Shown: piece by piece, positions 57,162 through 64,000 of the stretch
How the letters are laid out: the number at the start of each line of letters is the position of its first letter
How positions within the stretch are numbered: the first letter of the stretch is position 1
Source of the DNA: an uncultured Lachnospiraceae bacterium
Lineage (GTDB): Bacteria > Bacillota > Clostridia > Lachnospirales > Lachnospiraceae
Reading direction: 5' to 3'
DNA: 64,000 bases
Assembly (NCBI GenBank): GCA_905235745.1
Contig: CAJOMN010000013.1
Location: 13,931 to 77,930, forward strand
The notes under the pieces: generated by a model
What the model saw: the letters and a program-made list of their open reading frames with translations, nothing else
Told to the model about the DNA's origin: nothing
Databases searched by the model: none
Position numbers and translations under genes: made by a program

Positions 57162-58011
57162 TATGTTCTCCCTCCTGTTCTTTGAGCATTGCGCGGCCTT
57201 CCTCCGTCTTGTACAGATTCTGTCTCTTCATTGCCTGGTCAAAATCAACGAGATGTCCGTCGAATTCCGGACCGTCCACGCAGGCGAACTTAACCTCGTC
57301 TCCGACGATAAGCCTGCACGCTCCGCACATACCGGTCCCGTCGACCATTATCGGATTCATCGACACAACTGTCGGAATGCCGAGCTCTTTCGTGAGGATA
57401 CACACGAATTTCATCATGATCATGGGACCTATCGCAACACACAGGTCGTATTTGTTGCCCGCGCTTGTAAGATCCTTGATGACTTCCGTGACCATGCCCT
57501 TTCTCTGGTAGGAGCCGTCATCGGTCGTTATGTACAGGTTTCCCGCAACCTCTTTCATCTCATCTTCAAGAATTACAAGATCCCTGGTCTTGGCACCCAC
57601 GATCACATCGGCATCAATGCCTCTTTTATGCAGCCATTTGACCTGCGGATATACAGGAGCGGTACCAAGGCCTCCGCCGACAAAGAGTATCTTTTTCTTC
57701 TTAAGTTCATCTATATCTTCGTTAACAAGCTCCGAGGGCTTTCCCAAAGGGCCTACGAAATCTCTGAAGGAATCGCCGGCTTTGAGATTCTGCATTCTTG
57801 TCGTGGAAGCGCCGACAGTCTGTACTACAATCGTTACCGTTCCCTTTTCGCGGTCATAATCACAGATGGTCAGCGGAATGCGCTCCCCCTTCTCATCAAT
57901 CTTCACTATGACAAACTGTCCCGGTTCACAAGCCTTCGCAACCCTTTCGGCCTCAACATCCATGAGAAAAATGTTTGAAGCGAGGTTGCACGCCTTTAGA
58001 ATCTTATACAT
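57133..58011 (-). CDS. nfnA: NfnA / SudB-like ferredoxin-NADP reductase-type small subunit
   Basis: An FNR-like fold (RIPLTICD; FVGGGLGTAPV) and a C-terminal 2Fe-2S Cys motif (DGTGMCGACR...CVDGPEF). Confidence 0.82.
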   Translation of the reverse strand: MYKILKACNLASNIFLMDVEAERVAKACEPGQFVIVKIDEKGERIPLTICDYDREKGTVTIVVQTVGASTTRMQNLKAGDSFRDFVGPLGKPSELVNEDIDELKKKKILFVGGGLGTAPVYPQVKWLHKRGIDADVIVGAKTRDLVILEDEMKEVAGNLYITTDDGSYQRKGMVTEVIKDLTSAGNKYDLCVAIGPMIMMKFVCILTKELGIPTVVSMNPIMVDGTGMCGACRLIVGDEVKFACVDGPEFDGHLVDFDQAMKRQNLYKTEEGRAMLKEQEGEHNGCHEKSTC

Positions 58012-59372
58012 TTCCTGTCCTCCTTGCTGAACTTAAATAATTCACCGCTCTTTATATCCACGGCAAACATTCTTCCGGTTGAAGAACTGCCGTCATATTC
58101 GCTTATTATGTAATATGTCCTGGCTCCGTCCGAGAATCCGTATTCGGCCTTGTACGTTCTGCCGAGAACCTGTTCGCCCGTCGATATTAACTGGTATGAT
58201 ATCGCATACTCGGCCATATCTTTGGCTATCGCCACGTTCATATTGAGATTGTAGCTGCCCGACACCGGATCGGAAACAATTCCGTTAGTATTGACGGCAA
58301 TAAACGTAAACGTACTTTTCCCGAGCGGCATGAGCATCGGTTCAAGGTACTCCCTGGATTCAGTCGTAGGAACACTTCCGTCCGTTGTATAGAATACCGT
58401 CTGATCTTCGGGAGCCGTTACACCGACAAGCGCAGGCTCGCTTATCGATCCTGACTCGACGAGAAGCTCCGGCGGATCGGGTATATCAAGTTCAACCTCA
58501 TATGTGTTCGTAACAACATCACTTACTATACCCTTTTCATTGATATATACTGCCGATATTACGTTTGTTCCGGTCTCAAGCGGGATCGGGCCCATGTAGC
58601 TTAGCGACTCCTCCGTCGGAGTACTGCCGTCGACCGTATAATATATCCTGCCCTCGCCCGGAGCCGACAGCTTTATCGGATCGGGTTCTATATATGTTCC
58701 GGACTCAAGCGAAAATGTCGGGGAGATCGACACATAATCAGAATATCTGAGAGCAAGCGTTGAATCCTTCGAATTATTGATGAGCTCGTGTATCCCGTCG
58801 CTGTTGTTCTCGGCCTTATAGCAGTCAACGATACGGTCATACAGGGTGACATCCTGCGGATAATACTCAAGCGCGTCATAGAGAACGGCTATCGCGGCAT
58901 CATAGTTGTGATCTTCTATGTAGCTGTCCGCAAGAAGAAGCTTGCCTTTTTCATCATTGCCGAGAGACGTCAGGTGCTTGCATGTGGCGATGGCTTTTTT
59001 GTAATCACCGCTGTCATATTCACGCATTGCCTTCGAATACTGATATTCATACGAGAAATATCTGGATATCGAAACGCCTGCAAATATACAGCCGAACAAA
59101 ACGATGGCACCAACAACAGCCCAGGCGATGATCCATTTACGGTCTGCGGATGATCCCTTCTCTTCCCCGGGGGCATCCTTGGGCACCGCCCCGGCATTAT
59201 TATTCAAATGTCTGCCAAGATCCGGCAGCTCGGTAGTATTGGCAAGGGTAGACATATCAATATTGTCTTCCAGCTTAATATCAAAATCGGATACGATTAT
59301 GATCTCCTCGCCGCATACCGGACAATACATATATCCTTCCGGAATAAAGGCATTACATACCTTACACTGCAT
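57996..59372 (-). CDS. Membrane-anchored protein: zinc ribbon, TM helix, TPR-like region and two chitobiase/hexosaminidase-C-like (Fn3-associated) domains
   Basis: MQCKVCNAFIPEGYMYCPVCG, the TM helix IIAWAVVGAIVLFGCIFAGV, and two repeats of the type G(T/S)Y..P..(V/I)....PE....(I/V)(Y/F)YT.DGS.PT.ES..Y. Confidence 0.6.
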   Translation of the reverse strand: MQCKVCNAFIPEGYMYCPVCGEEIIIVSDFDIKLEDNIDMSTLANTTELPDLGRHLNNNAGAVPKDAPGEEKGSSADRKWIIAWAVVGAIVLFGCIFAGVSISRYFSYEYQYSKAMREYDSGDYKKAIATCKHLTSLGNDEKGKLLLADSYIEDHNYDAAIAVLYDALEYYPQDVTLYDRIVDCYKAENNSDGIHELINNSKDSTLALRYSDYVSISPTFSLESGTYIEPDPIKLSAPGEGRIYYTVDGSTPTEESLSYMGPIPLETGTNVISAVYINEKGIVSDVVTNTYEVELDIPDPPELLVESGSISEPALVGVTAPEDQTVFYTTDGSVPTTESREYLEPMLMPLGKSTFTFIAVNTNGIVSDPVSGSYNLNMNVAIAKDMAEYAISYQLISTGEQVLGRTYKAEYGFSDGARTYYIISEYDGSSSTGRMFAVDIKSGELFKFSKEDRKCIRF

Positions 59373-60209
59373 TTACTTCACCTGTCTGGCAGCCTTTACG
59401 CAATTATACATGAGCATTGCTATCGTCATGGGTCCCACTCCGCCGGGAACCGGTGTTATCGCACTTACGATATCGCTGACATCATCATAATCAACGTCGC
59501 CGCAAAGCTTGCCGTTATCCATCCTGTGAATACCGACATCAATTACAACGGCGCCTTCTTTGACGTAATCCCTGTTTATCATCCTGGGTCTTCCTACCGC
59601 GGCGATCAGTATGTCAGCTCTTTTGCATATCTCTTTGAGATTCACTGTTCTGGAATGACAGACCGTTACGGTTCCGTTATTCGCCAGGAGAAGCAATGCC
59701 ATCGGCTTACCGACGATATTGCTGCGTCCTATGACAACACATTCCCTGCCTTCTATCGATATACCACTTCTCTTTAGGAGCTCGATGATGCCTGCGGGAG
59801 TACAGCTGACAAAACCTTCTCTTCCGATGCACAGGTTCCCGACCGATTCGGGGCTGAATCCGTCAACATCCTTTTGGGGCGATATCCTTTCTATGATCTT
59901 ATGTTCGTCAATATGATCCGGTACCGGAAGCTGAACAAGTATCCCGTTTATCCCGTCGTCGCGGTTAAGATCGTCGATGAGCTTCAACAGCTCCGCTTCC
60001 GTAGTCTCTTCCGGAAGTTCATATGAGCGTGAGCCTATCCCGATATACTCGCACGCCTTCTTCTTGTTGCCCACATATACTGTGCTTGCTGGATCATTAC
60101 CTACCTGTATGACCGCAAGGGTGGCTTTTATATTGTTCTCGGCGACCTCTTTCTTCAGTTCATCCTTAATGGCTGTTGATATTGCTTTTCCATCTATGAT
60201 CTGCGGCAT
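59373..60209 (-). CDS. folD: Bifunctional methylene-THF dehydrogenase / methenyl-THF cyclohydrolase
   Basis: IIDGKAIS, VVIGRSNIVGKPMA, and TPVPGGVGPMTIAML. Confidence 0.95.
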   Translation of the reverse strand: MPQIIDGKAISTAIKDELKKEVAENNIKATLAVIQVGNDPASTVYVGNKKKACEYIGIGSRSYELPEETTEAELLKLIDDLNRDDGINGILVQLPVPDHIDEHKIIERISPQKDVDGFSPESVGNLCIGREGFVSCTPAGIIELLKRSGISIEGRECVVIGRSNIVGKPMALLLLANNGTVTVCHSRTVNLKEICKRADILIAAVGRPRMINRDYVKEGAVVIDVGIHRMDNGKLCGDVDYDDVSDIVSAITPVPGGVGPMTIAMLMYNCVKAARQVK

Positions 60210-60273
60210 ATCATCCTCCTGTTCTTATAATTCCTTCATAATCCGTGCGCTGTAATTCATTCACTGTAACAGT

Positions 60274-61944
60274 TCAGAACAGACCCGTTATATTTCCGTT
60301 CGCATCAACATCGATGGAATATGCCGCAGGTTTCTTGGGAAGACCGGGCATAGTCATGATGTTTCCGGTAAGCGCAACAATAAATCCGGCTCCCGCGCTT
60401 ACATACATATCCCTGACATTAAGAGTGAATCCCTCGGGACGGCCAAGGAGCGCCGGGTCATCCGAAAGGGAATACTGCGTCTTGGCCATGCATACCGGCA
60501 GATTCCCGAAGCCCTGTTTGGTGAGCATTGTCATCTTTTTGAGGGCGCTGTCGGAATACGACACATCTCGCGCACCGTATATCTCTTTTGCTATCATGTC
60601 AATCTTGTCACTGATCGGAAGATCAAGGTCATACAACGGCCTGTAATCGCTTTTTTTGTTATCGAGCGTATCGAGAACGGCACGGGCAAGATCCTCGCCG
60701 CCTTCTCCGCCCTTTTCCCAAACCTTCGAAAGGGCAAAATCACATCCCCTCTCTTCGCAGAACGAGCGGACATAATCCGTTTCCTTCACGGTATCCGTGC
60801 CAAATGCATTAAGCGCCACGACGACCGGTATACCGTACTTATGGATGTTTTCGATATGCTTTTCAAGATTGACTATCCCGTGCGAAAGGGCATTCATATC
60901 CTCACGGGATAGATCATCCCTGGAAGCGCCGCCGTTATATTTGAGCGCTCTTACAGTTGCGACGATAACGCATGCATCAGGAGACAGCCCTGCCTCGCGG
61001 CATTTGATATCAAGGAACTTCTCCGCACCAAGATCCGCACCGAATCCTGCCTCGGTTATTGTTATATCGCTCAGCTTGAGCGCTGCTTTCGTAGCTCTTA
61101 CCGAATTGCATCCATGCGCGATGTTGGCAAACGGGCCTCCGTGTACGAGCGCCGGAGTATGTTCGAGCGTCTGTATGAGGTTTGGTTTTATCGCGTCTTT
61201 GAGGAGCGCCATCATGGCTCCTACTGCGTGGATATCATCTGCTGTAATGATATTTCCGCTCGTATCGTATGCCACTACCATCCTAGCGAGCCGTGCACGA
61301 AGATCCTCAAGATCGTTTGCAAGGCACAATATCGCCATTATCTCCGATGCGACCGTGATCACGAAATGATCCTCACGGACGTAGCCGTCGGCCTTGGAAC
61401 CGAGTCCAACGACTATATTGCGGAGGACTCTGTCATTCATGTCCTCGCATCTTGCCAATACGATATTCCGCGTATCTATATTAAGCTCGTTGCCCTGCTG
61501 GATATGATTGTCGAGCAAAGCGGCACACAGATTGTTGGCACTCGTGATCGCGTGAAAATCGCCCGTGAAGTGCAGATTAAGCTCATCCATCGGAACAACC
61601 TGCGAATAGCCTCCTCCGGCCGCCCCGCCCTTAAGTCCGAAGCATGGGCCCAGCGACGGCTCCCGAAGAGCAAGGCATGTCTTCTTTCCGAGGCGTTCCA
61701 GCCCCATTGCAAGACCGATACTTGTCGTGGTCTTTCCCTCGCCTGCAGGTGTCGGATTGATGGCTGTAACAAGCACGAGCTTTCCGTTACACCGATCCTC
61801 TATGCTCCTCAGATAATGTTCACTGATCTTGCACTTGTATTTCCCGTACAGCTCTATATCGTCTTCGGGGATACCGAGCTTTTGCGCTATATTCGCAACA
61901 GGCTCCATCTTTGCTTCAGACGCTATCTCAATATCGCTTTTCAT
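60274..61944 (-). CDS. fhs: Formate-tetrahydrofolate ligase
   Basis: MKSDIEIA, the P-loop [14 protein letters not shown], and [15 protein letters not shown]. Confidence 0.96.
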   Translation of the reverse strand: MKSDIEIASEAKMEPVANIAQKLGIPEDDIELYGKYKCKISEHYLRSIEDRCNGKLVLVTAINPTPAGEGKTTTSIGLAMGLERLGKKTCLALREPSLGPCFGLKGGAAGGGYSQVVPMDELNLHFTGDFHAITSANNLCAALLDNHIQQGNELNIDTRNIVLARCEDMNDRVLRNIVVGLGSKADGYVREDHFVITVASEIMAILCLANDLEDLRARLARMVVAYDTSGNIITADDIHAVGAMMALLKDAIKPNLIQTLEHTPALVHGGPFANIAHGCNSVRATKAALKLSDITITEAGFGADLGAEKFLDIKCREAGLSPDACVIVATVRALKYNGGASRDDLSREDMNALSHGIVNLEKHIENIHKYGIPVVVALNAFGTDTVKETDYVRSFCEERGCDFALSKVWEKGGEGGEDLARAVLDTLDNKKSDYRPLYDLDLPISDKIDMIAKEIYGARDVSYSDSALKKMTMLTKQGFGNLPVCMAKTQYSLSDDPALLGRPEGFTLNVRDMYVSAGAGFIVALTGNIMTMPGLPKKPAAYSIDVDANGNITGLF

Positions 61945-64000
61945 TGATGGTTTTTCTCCTCCAACATCTCGTTAAATTCATCCATGCTCATGAGTATCCT
62001 TCTCGGTTTGGTGCCCTCTTCGGGTCCGACAACTCCCTCGTCGCACAGCTGATCCATGATCCTCGCGGCTCTGTTGAATCCAACCTTGAATTTTCTCTGG
62101 AGCATTCCTATGCTCGCCTTACCTGATTCAATGACCGCCTGACCCGCAACAACGAACAGATCGTCATAAGCATTGCCGGGATCCACGAGTCCGGGACCGG
62201 CTCCGGACGTCCCGGAGCTTTGCGCCTCTACGGCCGACTGTGCCTTGACATCATACACGTTGCCGTCTGTCTGGCCTTTCAGGAATTCAACAACACGTGT
62301 TACCTCATCATCGCTTACAAACGCGCCCTGTACTCTCGAAGGTTTGTTGTACCCTCTCGGATAGAAGAACATGTCGCCGTTTCCGAGCAGTCTTTCCGCG
62401 CCGGCCATATCGAGTATCGTTCTCGAATCGACACCGGAGGATACCGAAAAAGCGATACGGCTCGGCATATTGGCCTTGATCAGTCCCGTGATGACATCGA
62501 CTGATGGACGCTGGGTTGCGAGAATCAGATATATTCCCGCCGCTCTTGCGAGCTGGGCAAGACGGCATATTGACTCTTCCACTTCCTTGGCCGCAACCAT
62601 CATCAGATCGGCAAGCTCGTCAACAACGATAACGATCTGCGGCATTTTTTGCCTTCCTTCGGCGGCAAGCGAAGGGTCTGCGGCAAGCTTCGCATTGTAG
62701 CCCTTCATATCCCGCACTTCCAGCTCGGCAAATCTGCCGTACCTCTCGGTCATCTCGTTTACCGCCCACGCAAGCGCGGAGCTTGCTTTCTTCGGATCGG
62801 TCACAACCGGTATCAGAAGATGCGGAATGCCGTTATATACAGACAGTTCAACCATCTTCGGATCTATCATTATGAATCTTACTTCATCCGGAGTCGCTTT
62901 ATAGAGAATACTCATTATGAGAGTATTGATACAGACCGATTTACCCGATCCGGTGGCTCCCGCGATCAGAAGATGCGGCATCTTCGCAATATCAGCGACC
63001 ACTATGTCTCCGGCAAGGTCTTTGCCTACCGCGAACGCGACCCTGGAATCAAAGTTCTTAAATGTCCTGCTCTCAATAAGCTCCCTGAAATGGACCATCG
63101 AGCTTTCCTTGTTGGGAAGTTCGATCCCGACTGCCTTCTTGCCGGGAATGGGAGCCTCTATCCTGATATCCTTGGCACCCAGGCTCATCATTATGTCGTC
63201 GGCAAGTCCCGTTATCTTCTTGACCGATACGCCGGCAGGCATCTGAAGCTCGTATCTGGTTACAGCGGGGCCTCTTGTCGAGCCGGTTATCGCAACCTCG
63301 AGTCCGAAGTTATGAAGCGTATCCTTGAGCTCTCTAGCGGTTTCGTTGAGCTCCGCCGTAGGATCGGATTTGGCGGATATCCTGATCTCATTGAGAAGCT
63401 CGGCTTTCGGAAGCCTGAACCTGCCGCTCTTCGTGCTCTTAATGGATCTGCCGGGAGCAATGACAGCCGATTCGGGTGCCGGTTTGAGGTTTTCCTCGGC
63501 AAGATTGATCCCGTGTCCGCGCCCGGGCGCAGCATGAGGTCTTGTCTTCGGCACTACCTCCTTGACGTTCCTCTTGTCGAAGATCTCGGCAACGTCACTG
63601 TATTCTTCCTCGAATGTATCTTCGTCGTCAATATATATATCCCGCTCGTATGCTTCCTTGAGCGCGGCATCTTCCGCCTGTGTAATGCTGATCTTATGGC
63701 TGGTCCTGACCTTCGGCCGCCCGGAAACAGTCTCTTCGCCATCCCCGAACAGTTCTTCTTCGCTTGCGCCCTCGAAATATTCCGTTATCTCCGTTACATC
63801 ACCGTTATAGCTTATTCCCGAAAGCTTTGTGCCGGCCATTATGCCGCCCGAGGCTGTATCTTCCCCGGTCTCCGGCCCGGCAGGAGCTTTTGAAACGGTC
63901 GATACATATGATGATGAAGAGCCGTAGAACATTGATTCGGGCTCCTGCATTGCCCTTATCTCTTCCTCAGGTATGACGCTTTCACCCGGATATGTATAGG
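61941..64000 (-). CDS. ftsK: DNA translocase FtsK/SpoIIIE, 3' two-thirds (the N-terminal membrane domain lies outside the window)
   Basis: Walker [10 protein letters not shown], Walker [10 protein letters not shown], and a gamma wHTH ([24 protein letters not shown]). The frame stays open upstream of the track ATG (63950) to the window end, and no TM segments are present, so the true start is beyond 64000. Confidence 0.9.
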   Translation of the reverse strand, partial: YTYPGESVIPEEEIRAMQEPESMFYGSSSSYVSTVSKAPAGPETGEDTASGGIMAGTKLSGISYNGDVTEITEYFEGASEEELFGDGEETVSGRPKVRTSHKISITQAEDAALKEAYERDIYIDDEDTFEEEYSDVAEIFDKRNVKEVVPKTRPHAAPGRGHGINLAEENLKPAPESAVIAPGRSIKSTKSGRFRLPKAELLNEIRISAKSDPTAELNETARELKDTLHNFGLEVAITGSTRGPAVTRYELQMPAGVSVKKITGLADDIMMSLGAKDIRIEAPIPGKKAVGIELPNKESSMVHFRELIESRTFKNFDSRVAFAVGKDLAGDIVVADIAKMPHLLIAGATGSGKSVCINTLIMSILYKATPDEVRFIMIDPKMVELSVYNGIPHLLIPVVTDPKKASSALAWAVNEMTERYGRFAELEVRDMKGYNAKLAADPSLAAEGRQKMPQIVIVVDELADLMMVAAKEVEESICRLAQLARAAGIYLILATQRPSVDVITGLIKANMPSRIAFSVSSGVDSRTILDMAGAERLLGNGDMFFYPRGYNKPSRVQGAFVSDDEVTRVVEFLKGQTDGNVYDVKAQSAVEAQSSGTSGAGPGLVDPGNAYDDLFVVAGQAVIESGKASIGMLQRKFKVGFNRAARIMDQLCDEGVVGPEEGTKPRRILMSMDEFNEMLEEKNHQ

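Noticed and set aside
56848-57978. 376-aa plus-strand ORF
   Set aside because: It lies antisense to nfnB and nfnA, both of which have unmistakable cofactor motifs. This is typical of an open antisense frame in codon-biased genes.
62649-63893. 414-aa plus-strand ORF
   Set aside because: It lies antisense to ftsK (Walker A/B and the gamma domain are on the minus strand). It is Arg-rich with no motifs.

Overview
This is a 64-kb chromosomal segment from an anaerobic Firmicute. Gene content suggests class Clostridia, possibly Lachnospiraceae or Oscillospiraceae (inference): the rplU-prp-rpmA-obg operon, Rex, NfnAB, Fhs/FolD, a class B sortase and BspA-type LRR surface proteins. Layout: (i) 1-7 kb has genes in alternating orientation: a truncated solute-binding lipoprotein, an AraC regulator, a GH2 beta-mannosidase, a Xer-family tyrosine recombinase with a 35-bp palindrome upstream, and a divergent LysM (YneA-like)/lexA SOS module with Cheo-type LexA boxes. 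(ii) From 7032 to the window end every gene is on the minus strand and tightly packed. Most are housekeeping: rsfS-yqeK-nadD-yhbY-obg-rpmA-prp-rplU, alr, topB, an amino-acid ABC transporter, asd, argH, tRNA-Thr, yebC, rex, icd, eno, leuS, miaB, proB, ybeY, phoH, pdp, nfnAB, folD, fhs and ftsK. (iii) An accessory block at about 28.4-41.5 kb interrupts this. It holds two giant BspA-like LRR surface proteins, the second split by a 1-nt frameshift and compositionally mosaic. It also holds a strongly AT-rich stretch (about 32.5-39.6 kb) carrying a translationally coupled three-gene cassette that ends in a free-standing retropepsin-like aspartic protease. The rest of the block is a minimal nucleotidyltransferase (MNT) with a probable remnant of its HEPN partner, a heptad-repeat protein, and a class B sortase coupled to a pseudo-receiver protein. 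No CRISPR array, rRNA, transposase or prophage structural genes were seen. The best candidates for something new are the retropepsin cassette, the recombinase-adjacent palindrome (a possible dif-type site), and a structured leader of about 135 nt transcribed from a consensus promoter into tRNA-Thr. All functional calls rest on motifs read from the supplied translations and on remembered family signatures; no database search was run.
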